DNA of 63,815 nucleotides, filler included, from Octopus bimaculoides (GCF_001194135.2; 7 parts of 5 records of this genome joined end to end with filler, not necessarily neighbours in it), one strand, 5' to 3'; positions 12,256-23,909 are shown, numbered from the whole stretch's first letter. Numbers and translations: made by a program. The notes: generated by a model not told the origin, from the sequence alone.

Positions 12256-13131
12256 TTTCAATATTGATAAGGTCATACACCATTAAATCATACCTCACTT
12301 CCAGTAGCTTTAAAGTGATACAGAAAGGTCTCGAGTAGAATTACATAAACCAAAGGTCAGCACAAGCTGTATTAGCTTTTCATTCGCTTTTTTCTTCTTA
12401 CGGAGGCTAAAATTTACTTGTTCAATAATTATTAATCCCCACCCCATCTCGCTCTCTCTCTACCTCGATCCGTCCGTCTTTTGCTCGTTCGTTCACTTTT
12501 TACCTTCGATTTTACCGACATCTACATATAAATCCATACACAAATGAATAGCCAAGCTGATTAAAAGATTGGAGAACATGTCTGTTATGAATTATCAGTT
12601 GAACCAGGCTGTAGGTAGTTCCCTAATCCTTTATCTATATTCACATTGTTCCTTAGATATGAAAAGCAGGACCCTGTTCAAGGTGGTTCTCTCACTGAGC
12701 ACAGTCCACCAGTTAGATTACCTAGGTACTAGAAAAATGTACTTGCTCTTTGTGCTTCTATCTCAGTTCATATTACACGAGTCAAATTCTCCAAGCTGAC
12801 AATAATAGGTAACAAGTCAATGTGGTTCTGTCTCAGATCACAGTCTGTCAGTTATTCTATCTAGAAGTCAGAAGAATGTATTAGATCAATATGTTTCTGT
12901 CTCGGCCATTACTCCACAGATCAGTTAATCTAGCTGGCATTAAACGATTGTAAATAAAATGTTTTAGACTCAGACATTATTCAACAGATCAGTTAATCTA
13001 GCTGTCATTAAAAGCTTGTAAATAAAATGTTTTGGACTCAGAGAAAAATCCATTTACCAATTTATCTAGGTGTCAGAAATAAGTACAAATCAATTTAGTT
13101 GAGTTAGAGATATACGTGCCTATGTGTGAGT

Positions 13132-13172
<41 letters not shown>

Positions 13173-13366
13173 TGCAGATGTTTTAGTAAAACAAATTATT
13201 GGCCGTGCGATAGAAAGTAGATTCTATTGTTTGATTACAAGATTTTTCTCTCTGTAACGACCAAAATGAAATTGCCTTGACTAGTCTCAGCGCTTCGGGG
13301 ATCGATTACAGAGATTCTGACCTCAGGGAGATTTGTTGCACTGTATATTTACAGTATACACAAATA

Positions 13367-13460
13367 CGTGGCGCCTGGGACAAGTGTCTTCTACTATAGC
13401 CTCTGGTGGACCGAAGCCATGTGAGTGGTAACTTAGTCGGAAATTGAAAGAAGCCCATCG
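13367..13460 (+). mobile_element. SINE family A, 5'-truncated
   Basis: caagtgtcttctactatagcc...gaaattgaaagaagcccatcg followed by (TA)n. Confidence 0.85.
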
Positions 13461-13485
13461 TATATATATATATATATAAATATTA

Positions 13486-13622
13486 GGCGCAGGAGTGGCT
13501 GTGTGGTAAGTAGCTTGCTTACCAACCACATGGTTCCGGGTTCATTCTCACTGCGTGGCACCTTGGGCAAATGTCTTCTACTATAGCCTCGGGCCGACCA
13601 AAGCCTTGTGGGTGGACTTGGT
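13486..13622 (+). mobile_element. SINE family A
   Basis: Head and core clearly preserved; runs into (TA)n and a gap. Confidence 0.92.
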
Positions 13623-14414
13623 ATATATATANNNNNNNNNNNNNNNNNNNNNNNNNNNNNNNNNNNNNNNNNNNNNNNNNNNNNNNNNNNNNNNNNNNNN
13701 NNNNNNNNNNNNNNNNNNNNNNNNNNNNNNNNNNNNNNNNNNNNNNNNNNNNNNNNNNNNNNNNNNNNNNNNNNNNNNNNNNNNNNNNNNNNNNNNNNNN
13801 NNNNNNNNNNNNNNNNNNNNNNNNNNNNNNNNTATATACATACACACAAACGTTCAAACACGCGCGCATATGCACACGCACACACACAAACGCACATGCA
13901 CACACACACACCCACACACACACACCCACACACACTTATAAAGTATTTGCGTGCGTTTTCGAGGTGGAAGATCGCATATACACATGAAACACTTTTGTCC
14001 CAACTGTGTAGCGTCTCTTAAAATTCTCCGTTGGTAAACCAGATTAGTTTCTCACACCGAAGTTTTACGTGCGGTTAACATTATTCAAGAGTATCCTTCG
14101 GGGACTGAATTAGATAAGGTTCTTGGAGAATACAGAAATTTAATGAATTAGAAACAACGTAGAGCAATGTTGCTGGTGTGGCAGATTGAAAATGCTGATG
14201 GATTAGCAATATTAACTAAGAGTGGGCGGATTAGTAATAGCATAGCGGAATGGTAAGAATGAACGGTGAGAGATGTATCTTAGACATATCTTATTTTGAA
14301 GTGATTGACATCGATTAGACTGCGCACAGTTTTAATCAAATAATATAAATGACGCATGCATCTCATTATACATATTTTTATGATTGTTCTTCCTTTGTTG
14401 GTGTTGTTATGGTT

Positions 14415-15237
14415 AAGGCGGTGAAAGGGGGCGAGCTGACAGAATCGTTAATTCGCTGGACGAAATGCTTAGCGGTATTTCGCCCGTCACTACGTTCTGA
14501 GTACAGATTCCGCCGAGGGCGTCTTTGCCTCTCATACTTTCGGGGTCGATAAGATAAGTACCAGTGAAACACTGGGATCGATGTAATCGACCCCCCTTCC
14601 CCTAAATTTCAGGTCGTATGTCTCTAACAGAAAGGATTATTAAGTCGGTGAAAAGCGGCGAGCTGGCATAATTGTTAGTCCGCCGGACAAACTGCTTAGC
14701 AGCATTTCGTCCGTCTTTACGTTCTGAGTTCAAATTTCGCCGAGGTCCACTTTGCCTTTCATCCTTTCGTGATCAAAAGGGACGTTGTAATCGACTAGAC
14801 CCCTCTCCGAAATTTCAGGCCTTGTGCCTATAATAGAAAGTATTATTAAGGCGGTGGAAAGCGGCGAAAGGTGGTCAGCTGCCAGAATTGTCACCATGCT
14901 TGATAAAATACTCACCGGCAATTACGTTCTGATTTCAAATTGCGCTGAAGTCGACTTCACCTGTTATTATTTCAGTGTCGATAGAATAAGTGTCATTTGA
15001 GCACTGGAATATGTGTAAGCGACTTATCCTTCAGCCAAAGAACTGCTGGCCTTGTGCCAAAATTCGAAACCATTATTAAGGCATCGAAATGGCACAGTCG
15101 ATACCGCACCGGACAAAATGCTACGCAGACAAAATGCGTACAAGTCGAACACTAGGGTCGATGTAATTGACTTAACCTTCCCTCGAAATTGCTGGCCTTG
15201 TGCCAAAATTTTAAACACAGTATTATTATTATTATTA

Positions 15238-15293
<56 letters not shown>
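14415..15293 (+). mobile_element. Head-to-tail array of four family B SINEs ending in an (ATT)n tail
   Basis: Units start at 14415, 14642, 14848 and 15078; internal junctions read attattaag; (ATT)n at 15221-15293. Confidence 0.85.
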
Positions 15294-16860
15294 AATAGAA
15301 ACAATAAGAAGAGTGCGAATGCTATCGAATGAACAATATTTCGACACCTAGTGTGCCTTCCACAAGTTCAAAATATAAACATCTCGATCTATTTCATTTT
15401 GGTAATATAGCACTATTTGATCCTGTTTTGGAATTGTTAGCTCGACATAACTCGTAAATGTATATAAACGAATGTAGACATAACTTTGCCGCTTATGTAG
15501 CTACAGACAGTAACATATTTTGTGCGGTACCTATATTTTAATATTTTTTATGAAAATTTTATACATAATATTGAAAACGGTTTTGTCCTCCGGCCTTTTA
15601 CATATAAAATGCAAATATCGATTGATGAAAAGAATTTGAATTCCTTGCGGCAAAAACAATAAAATTAATAATCAAAATCAATTTCGTTTTCTTTAAAGAG
15701 ATACTAAATATATTTCATATCACTAAATATGATTAACTTAATTTCTGTCTTCATAAATTATACAAGACAAGATGATATGGAATTAATTATAATTTCGTTT
15801 TTTTTTTTTTCATTTTCGCGTCTTATTTGGTAAATCATTAATTATATTAAAGTTTAGATACAGATGATAAGATTAATACTGTTTATGGTGATTTTGAATT
15901 AAAATTTTCTATGAATATATANNNNNNNNNNNNNNNNNNNNNNNNNNNNNNNNNNNNNNNNNNNNNNNNNNNNNNNNNNNNNNNNNNNNNNNNNNNNNNN
16001 NNNNNNNNNNNNNNNNNNNNNNNNNNNNNNNNNNNNNNNNNNNNNNNNNNNNNNNNNNNNNNNNNNNNNNNNNNNNNNNNNNNNNNNNNNNNNNNNNNNN
16101 NNNNNNNNNNNNNNNNNNNNNNNNNNNNNNNNNNNNNNNNNNNNNNNNNNNNNNNNNNNNNNNNNNNNNNNNNNNNNNNNNNNNNNNNNNNNNNNNNNNN
16201 NNNNNNNNNNNNNNNNNNNNNNNNNNNNNNNNNNNNNNNNNNNNNNNNNNNNNNNNNNNNNNNNNNNNNNNNNNNNNNNNNNNNNNNNNNNNNNNNNNNN
16301 NNNNNNNNNNNNNNNNNNNNNNNNNNNNNNNNNNNNNNNNNNNNNNNNNNNNNNNNNNNNNNNNNNNNNNNNNNNNNNNNNNNNNNNNNNNNNNNNNNNN
16401 NNNNNNNNNNNNNNNNNNNNNNNNNNNNNNNNNNNNNNNNNNNNNNNNNNNNNNNNNNNNNNNNNNNNNNNNNNNNNNNNNNNNNNNNNNNNNNNNNNNN
16501 NNNNNNNNNNNNNNNNNNNNNNNNNNNNNNNNNNNNNNNNNNNNNNNNNNNNNNNNNNNNNNNNNNNNNNNNNNNNNNNNNNNNNNNNNNNNNNNNNNNN
16601 NNNNNNNNNNNNNNNNNNNNNNNNNNNNNNNNNNNNNNNNNNNNNNNNNNNNNNNNNNNNNNNNNNNNNNNNNNNNNNNNNNNNNNNNNNNNNNNNNNNN
16701 NNNNNNNNNNNNNNNNNNNNNNNNNNNNNNNNNNNNNNNNNNNNNNNNNNNNNNNNNNNNNNNNNNNNNNNNNNNNNNNNNNNNNNNNNNNNNNNNNNNN
16801 NNCACACACACACACACACACACACACACTTAAAGTTTCAAAGGACCTGATCCATATATA

Positions 16861-17301
16861 CAGCGTTATTCAAATAGAATGAACCGATTTCATTACACAA
16901 TATTATGATAAGGAAAAGCAATAGAAACCTCCAGCTAAGTCACAAGTATTTACTCACAATCAACTTTTATTGCCTGTCTTACAAGTGTTCAATATGGCCA
17001 CCACCTTTAACATCAATACGATAAGAAATTTCCTCCCAGACGTGTATCAGCATATCACGATCAACTGAGTTGATCGCTGTCTGGGGATCTCGCAGGCTCA
17101 AGCAGACATACGTCTGGGAGGAATTCTCTTATCACACTGATGTTGCACAAGCTGCAGGTGGTGGCCACGTTGAACATTTGTAAGACAGGAAATAAAAGTT
17201 GATTCTAAGTAAATACTTGTGACTTAGCTGGAGTTTTCTATTGCCTTTCCTTATTAAAATATTGCGCAATGAAATCGCTTCATTCATTTTGAATAACTCT
17301 G
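16861..17301. mobile_element. Fold-back Tc1/mariner MITE made of two inverted transposon right ends
   Basis: CAG...CTG ends with TA flanks; about 185-bp arms are reverse complements; each arm encodes a transposase-like C-terminus (VWEEFSYHTDVAQAAGGGHVEHL* on +, INSVDRDMLIHVWEEISYRIDVKGGGHIEHL* on -). Confidence 0.88.
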
Positions 17302-17374
17302 TATGTATATATATATATATATATATATATNNNNNNNNNNNNNNNNNNNNNNNNNNNNNNNNNNNNNNNNNNNN

Positions 17375-17386
17375 TTAATTAATTAA
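17375..17386. other. Assembly gap spacer TTAATTAATTAA
   Basis: 44 N + 12-mer + 44 N = 100 bp; the same 12-mer sits inside gaps at 20527, 25362, 27925, 42688 and 51133. Confidence 0.95.
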
Positions 17387-17589
17387 NNNNNNNNNNNNNN
17401 NNNNNNNNNNNNNNNNNNNNNNNNNNNNNNTTACAGAGTGGTTACTAGTCCCCTATCTCTCACCCCAACCCCCCTCTCTCTCTCCCTTCCCCCACCCCAC
17501 AGTATTTTAAAACTGGAAACAGGAATAAGGTGGGTGGGTGGGAGTTAGTACCATGTAGATAATTAAAACTGATTAAAATAGATGGTTGA

Positions 17590-17790
17590 TTAGTGGTCGT
17601 GATGGTGGAGGTGATGGCGGTGGTGGTTATGGTGGTGGTGGTGACGGTGTGGTGGTTGCGGTGCTGGTGGTGGTGGTGTGTTTGTGTTAGTACTAGGGAT
17701 AGAATTGGACGGTGGGGGTGGTAAGAACTGCGATGGTGGTGGAGTTAGTAATGGTAGTAGTAGACCTGGTAATGTGTATAGCTGTAGATT

Positions 17791-17834
<44 letters not shown>

Positions 17835-17978
17835 ACAGCAGAAGCAGTTGTAGTTGTTGTACTAGAAGTAGTAGTAGCAGCAGCAGTAGTAGTAGTAGTA
17901 GTAGTAGTAGTTGAAGTAGCAGCAGCATCGGTTGTAATAGTTTTGGTAGTAACACCAGTAGTAGTAGTAGTAGTAGTT

Positions 17979-18023
<45 letters not shown>

Positions 18024-18306
18024 AAGTGGTGGTGGTCTCTGGTGGAACCACAGTGGAAAGTGATTTTTGTTAGCATGTCCTTCAGTAGTTGTAATAGTGT
18101 CGGTGATGGTAGTGGTGGTGGTAGTTGTATTGGTGGTACTACCAACCCTAATTTTACCTCAAACGTCTATCAACAACACCGCCAGCACTCTCACGCCTAT
18201 CTCCACCGATACCACCACAACGACACCCGTCAACAATAACAATACCAGCACTACCATCATCACCATACCACTACCAACACCATTATCCCCCACTACTAAT
18301 ACTACT

Positions 18307-18337
<31 letters not shown>

Positions 18338-18710
18338 CTAGAAGCACTATCAACACCGCCAACACCTCAATACTACCACCAACACCACCCACAATACCAC
18401 CATCACCACCACCAGCAACACTACTACCGTCACCACCAACACCACTAACACCACAGACACCACCAACAGCAATACCAGCTCTACCAACACCACCACCAAC
18501 ACTAGAATCTCCAACACCACCCCTACTACCACGACCACCGACACCACCACCAACACCACCATCATCACCAATATCATTACCATGACCAACACCATCACCA
18601 ACAACATCACCACCAACACCACTACCATCAACAACACCACTGCCACCACTACCACCAACACAGCCCACATCATCACCACCACTTGCCTACTATTACTACT
18701 ACTACTTCTT
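17590..18710. repeat. Degenerate GTG/GTA-rich then CAC/TAC-rich low-complexity block
   Basis: Trinucleotide mosaic that switches strand polarity near 18140. Confidence 0.85.
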
Positions 18711-18834
18711 GTTTTTCATTAGTCTGTGCTACCCTTTGGCTTGAAACGAAACTTAATTGCATATTGAACTATTTTGGTCTTACACCGTTTTGATAAGACT
18801 AATGTAGATAGAACAACAACGAAAAACAACATAG

Positions 18835-18868
<34 letters not shown>

Positions 18869-19092
18869 ACAATAACAACAACAAAAGCCAAAGCGAAAAC
18901 ATTGGCAACAACCATAACAGCATGGATTTCATTGAAGGCCACACACACACACACACAAACGCACAAACCTATATATATATATATATATATATACATATAT
19001 GTAGTTGAAATTTAGAGAAAAACAAAAGACGAAGACAGGTGTATGGACAACAAGCAGGTGTATTAGTTTGACGCTCGGGAAAGTGAGAAAGA

Positions 19093-19128
19093 CTTTTACG
19101 TTTCGAGCCTACGCTCTTCAACAGAAAG
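19093..19128 (-). ncRNA. Candidate minimal type-I hammerhead ribozyme with A6U core variant
   Basis: CUUU-CUGUUGA-A-GAGC(GUAG)GCUC-GAAA-CGUA^AAAG: stem I 4 bp, stem II 4 bp, palindromic ACGU stem III. Confidence 0.5.
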
Positions 19129-19198
19129 GAATATGAGGAAATAAACAAAGAGAGGATAAAATGAAAAAAACTTGTATAAATATACATACTTATGGCGT

Positions 19199-19229
<31 letters not shown>

Positions 19230-19319
19230 ATAGAAAAGACAACAAAAGAAAGAGACCTCGATATTATGTAAATAGAGGAATTTATCTGTAAAAATATGTG
19301 ACACTTATTAGCTAGCCAT

Positions 19320-19380
19320 GATAAAACTCCGAGTTTCAGATGCCGGGGCAGAAACCCACAACGCCATCTCTTCAGTTATC
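19320..19380 (-). ncRNA. Candidate type-I hammerhead ribozyme
   Basis: GAUAA-CUGAAGA-GAUGGCG...CGGCAUC-U-GAAA-CUCGGAGUU^UUAUC: stem I 5 bp, stem II 6 bp plus GGG/CCC, near-palindromic stem III ACUCGGAGU. Confidence 0.65.
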
Positions 19381-19471
19381 CGGCCATTGAAAATTTCTAT
19401 GAAAATGACCGTTAAACAAATGGAAATTACTGTGTGATTGACCGTTATTAAGACAAAAGAGCTATTAGAAT

Positions 19472-19550
19472 GACCGATTTGCTCGACTAAAGGTGGTGCC
19501 CCAGCATGGCCGCATTCAAATGACTGAAACAAGTAAAAGAGTAAGTAAAA
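19472..19550 (+). mobile_element. SINE family D 3' end
   Basis: tcgactaaaggtggtgccccagcatggccgca...gactgaaacaagtaaaag. Confidence 0.75.
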
Positions 19551-19640
19551 GCAATTTATCGCACATAAGTTTCAACAACAAAATCTTATATCGACCCTTA
19601 GAGGTCATGTGGAGCCCAATTGAGAACCACTGGCCTTTAA

Positions 19641-19705
19641 CCTTTTAAGGCAATGCCACAGCATGGTTGCAGTCCAATGACTGAAACTAGTAAGCGATAA
19701 AAGAT
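19641..19705 (+). mobile_element. SINE family D 3' end, degenerate
   Basis: aaggcaatgccacagcatggttgcagtccaatgactgaaactagtaag. Confidence 0.65.
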
Positions 19706-20130
19706 ATGATAAAGTACATGAAAACAGCGACAGCTTGACTGTCTTCAGTCTAGGATCAACGTTGAGCTGCTGAGATGCTATCTGTGGTGGCCGGGTCAAC
19801 TGAGTTCTAAATATACTTACAGAGAAAAGAACGGCGACGCTTGCAAGCCGAATACATGTGGAGATAAGTACATAAGACCGGTGGTCATTAAGTAGGGCTA
19901 CGCCGAGGACCACGGGTGTCCACTGTACATGTGTTCGTATCCCGAACGGTCGTGTCGGACATTGAGCTTTTTCTTTCTTTCTTTTTTATTTTTTTTATTT
20001 TGTGAACTGTCACAGCACAATATTACTACGTCCCAGAATAATCATAGATTTCTGTTCCTAAAACATTTTGTTCGTTGGATGGTTTGGGGGAACAGCTGAA
20101 AGATTTCATACAAGCATCAAATAAAAACAA

Positions 20131-20180
20131 TAATAATAATAATGATGATGATGATAACAATAATAATAATAATAATAATA

Positions 20181-20229
<49 letters not shown>

Positions 20230-20240
20230 TGATAATAATA

Positions 20241-20274
<34 letters not shown>

Positions 20275-20326
20275 CGACGATGATGATGATGATGATGATG
20301 GTGAGGGTGATAGTGATAATGATAAT
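20131..20326. repeat. (AAT)n-(GAT)n compound microsatellite
   Basis: Direct repeats. Confidence 0.95.
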
Positions 20327-20328
20327 AG

Positions 20329-20482
20329 ACCTATATACACTGGAAGCTATGCCAACACTATGGAATAACAACAGAAAAAAGATGGTATAAACACACGCCA
20401 GAAAAGGTCACAGAAAACGAGAAAGCAACCATACTCTGGGATATGCCAATACACACAGATAGAGAAATTAAGGCAAATAGAC
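20329..20482 (+). mobile_element. R4/Dong-like LINE ORF fragment, stop-free, running into a gap
   Basis: TYIHWKLCQHYGITTEKRWYKHTPEKVTENEKATILWDMPIHTDREIKANR resembles the region leading into the PD catalytic motif of RLE-type LINEs. Confidence 0.85.
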
Positions 20483-21017
20483 NNNNNNNNNNNNNNNNNN
20501 NNNNNNNNNNNNNNNNNNNNNNNNNNTTAATTAATTAANNNNNNNNNNNNNNNNNNNNNNNNNNNNNNNNNNNNNNNNNNNNAGAAAATACCACTGCCGC
20601 CATTAGTACCCATAATTACCCTACCCCATCCCCACTACACACACCCGTACACACGCACTCATGCACGCACACACATGCAGTGAACATCCCCTTGTTAAAT
20701 TGACTCAGTTTCTTTTTCTTTATCATTTGCTTATGTCGTTTTATTATTTTTTTTTTCTCTATTCATCTTTACTGCAATTGTTGTTGTAAATTGCCTCTGG
20801 TGTTTTGCTTTTGTTGTGACTGATTTTGTTACCGTAGTATTAATAGTAGTTGTAATACTTTTAGTAGTAGTTGTTGTTGTTGATGATTTTGTTGTTGTTT
20901 TCTTTGCGAATATATTTATGGAATCTATAAGGTTACGTATTACATAATGAGACAAGGCAACGTTGGAAAGTAGCTGAGTACAGTGTTGTTGTTTACTGAT
21001 GTGTAGCGGAACATTGT

Positions 21018-21075
21018 AGCCACATATCTCAGTATGGTGAGCCACATATCTCAGTATGGTGAGCCACATATCTCA
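21018..21075. repeat. 22-bp tandem repeat, about 2.6 copies
   Basis: agccacatatctcagtatggtg repeated. Confidence 0.9.
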
Positions 21076-21316
21076 AAATGTAGTAAATAATTAGTATGAT
21101 CTCGTTTATTTTACTTTTCATGCTTTCTTCTAATTTATGCAGCATTAAAACGTTGCATGAAGCAGAAAAGATGACGATCAAAAATCAAGCCACCATCGCT
21201 GTGTTTCCTAACCTATTTTCCTCCAGGCCTCTCTATGATTTTCCAGAAAAATGTATACCCCCACCGGTGGTTGAAAAAACAACCCAACTTTATTTTTAAT
21301 ATGTCATAATTACATT

Positions 21317-21540
21317 AATGCGGCGAGTTAGCAGAATTAGTGAGCCCGCCGGGCAAAATGCTTAGCGGCATTTCGTCCGTCGTCACGTTTTTAGTTCGAA
21401 TTCCCCCGAGTTCAACTTTGCCTATCATACTTTTGGGGTCGATAAAATAAGTACCAGTCAGGCACTGGGATCGATGCAATCGACTTGTCCTCTCTCCCGA
21501 AATTTCTGGCCCCGTGCCAAAGTTTAGAATAAATATTTCA
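21317..21540 (+). mobile_element. SINE family B, full length
   Basis: gcggcgagttagcagaatt...ggggtcgataaaataagtaccag...gtgccaaagtttagaa. Confidence 0.88.
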
Positions 21541-21589
21541 TAATTATATAATTTCTTTACAAAAATATCCACACTAAGGGATTAGAATG

Positions 21590-21702
21590 GCGCTTTCGGG
21601 GGTAGATAAAACAATTACCAGTTGAATTCTAGGATCGATCTAATCGACTAAACCCCCTTCCTACGAAATTGCTGACCTTGTGCCAAAATTTGAAACCAAT
21701 AT
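21590..21702 (+). mobile_element. SINE family B 3' half
   Basis: ttcggggtagataa...ggatcgatctaatcgact...ccttgtgccaaaatttgaaaccaatat. Confidence 0.8.
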
Positions 21703-22485
21703 GCTGAAATAACCATAGTTTAGTGCAGTGTACTGTAAAATGCGGTACAACACGAAGTTGAGTACATCACAAGTGCACCGCTATATTGCTCAGGTCTCAG
21801 GTTTCATTTCGCAACTTAAAAAAAAACGAAAATGCAATTCATATATTGTTACAATCCCAAGAGAGGTGCTTTGAAAGTCGATTAACACTACCATCAGGCA
21901 CCCTGTGGGGCTAGGAATAATGTGTTGGACTTGGTCTCCGTAGATCAGTGCTTTGTTTTATTTCATAACTAATATTTTCGTAGCTTGCACAGACGGACGC
22001 CGCCTGCACGGAACGCAGCATGACGACACATACTCTGCCGTGCTCACCGTCATCAGATCTTTCGGCACGCTGCAGTGGCACAACACACACACACACACGT
22101 TTACACAAAAATTCACACGCACAAACACATACACACACAGAGAAAAACACACTCACGCACGTGTCCGCACGCACACACACACACACGCACGCACAGATAC
22201 GCATGCACACATACACGCACAGATGCACACCGAAACACACACACGCATATACGCATATATTCGTGTGTGTCTATATGTACGTATATTTCATTTATGCATG
22301 AGTGTGCATCTATACATGTATATATATATATATATTCGTATGTATTAATGTGTCGGCATGTATATAAATATATGCATTAGCACAAGAACACTCAAGTAAA
22401 TAATCGTCTCTTCAAATTCACATTTATAAAAGAAGATCTATCTCATATACACACGTGCACGCGCGTATATTCACGCACACATGTT

Positions 22486-22517
<32 letters not shown>

Positions 22518-22698
22518 CAGGAGTTGGACAAAAATAATGTATAGCATCATAACAAGTAAAAGAATAAAAGAATAATAAAAGAATTATTAACCTAAAATCT
22601 TGGTTTTGTATTTTATTCATATATATATAAAATACTACAATTAACCGTCATTTTTGACGACCCTGGGCCAGCTAGTTACATTTATATTTTCTCCCATC

Positions 22699-22911
22699 AA
22701 GGTGGTAAACCGGCAGAATTGTTAACAACGCCGGACAAAATGCTTAGCGGCATTTCGTCCGTCTTTACTTTCTGTGTTCAAATTCCGCCGAGGCCGTCTT
22801 TGCGTTTCATCCATTCGGGGGTCGATAAAATAAGTACCAGTTGAGCACTTTGGTCGATGTAATCAACTTGTCCCACCCCCAGAACTTGCTGCCAAAATAT
22901 AAAACCAATAT
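22699..22911 (+). mobile_element. SINE family B, full length
   Basis: aaggtggtaaaccggcagaattgtt...aaatgcttagcggcatttcgtccg...gccaaaatataaaaccaatat. Confidence 0.88.
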
Positions 22912-23211
22912 CTACTCTCATCACTCGACCTGTTAACCACAGACGTTAACTTCTATACATTAACTGCCCTTTTTTGTTTCTTTCTGCGAGTGTATTTTAT
23001 TCCGGAGAAGCTGAAATCAACAATGAAACTTCATCTCCATAATTACTTAATAAATAAAAGACAAGAGATTCTGTTGCGAGAAGAGAAACGGATATGACGC
23101 TTGTATATTTTTTTCGGAGCATTAGTCTTGGTGAAATATTTTCAACCGAAATACGAAACCACCAAGGTGCAGCCTTACACAAGTTATGCACCACCACCAA
23201 CAATACCACCA

Positions 23212-23288
23212 TCTTCTTCTTCTTCTTCTTCTTCTTCTTCTTCTTCTTCTTCTTCTTCTTCTTCTTCTTCTTCTTCTTCTTCTTCTTC
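23212..23288. repeat. (TTC)n microsatellite
   Basis: Direct repeat. Confidence 0.95.
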
Positions 23289-23624
23289 ATTGGGTATGAC
23301 AGTTACAGCAAACATTGGCATACGTTGAAGCCATATCCTGGACCACAGAAACTTGACGATTGCAAAAAAAAAAAANNNNNNNNNNNNNNNNNNNNNNNNN
23401 NNNNNNNNNNNNNNNNNNNNNNNNNNNNNNNNNNNNNNNNNNNNNNNNNNNNNNNNNNNNNNNNNNNNNNNNNNNNNNNNNNNNNNNNNNNNNNNNNNNN
23501 NNNNNNNNNNNNNNNNNNNNNNNNNNNNNNNNNNNNNNNNNNNNNNNNNNNNNNNNNNNNNNNNNNNNNNNNNNNNNNNNNNNNNNNNNNNNNNNNNNNN
23601 NNNNNNNNNNNNNNNNNNNNNNNN

Positions 23625-23665
<41 letters not shown>

Positions 23666-23670
23666 ATATC

Positions 23671-23847
23671 TACGCGGAGTTGTTGAAAAGTTCCTGGCTT
23701 TGGATAACAAAAAACACAGGAGGATCAGTTAATTATGATTTTATTCAACATATTCTCCTCTCGAGATTCACACACTTACTGCAGTGGTCCTTCAGTTTTT
23801 CTAATCCTTGTGAAAGAACTTGCAAGAGAGACTTTTTGAACGCCTTG

Positions 23848-23849
<2 letters not shown>
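23671..23849 (-). mobile_element. Mariner-derived MITE, same family as 5035-5252
   Basis: TA ends; TIR cgcggagttgttgaaaagttcctgg; minus strand LEKLKDHCSKCVNL/RGEYVE* with a frameshift. Confidence 0.75.

Positions 23850-23909
<60 letters not shown>

Noticed and set aside
13486-13560. SINE heads as tRNA genes
   Set aside because: A/B boxes are present but there is no cloverleaf, and each continues into SINE body sequence
17331-17430. Recurrent palindrome TTAATTAATTAA isolated inside N runs (six occurrences)
   Set aside because: Always centred in a gap of about 100 bp (44 N each side where counted) with stops in all frames; an assembly spacer, not biology
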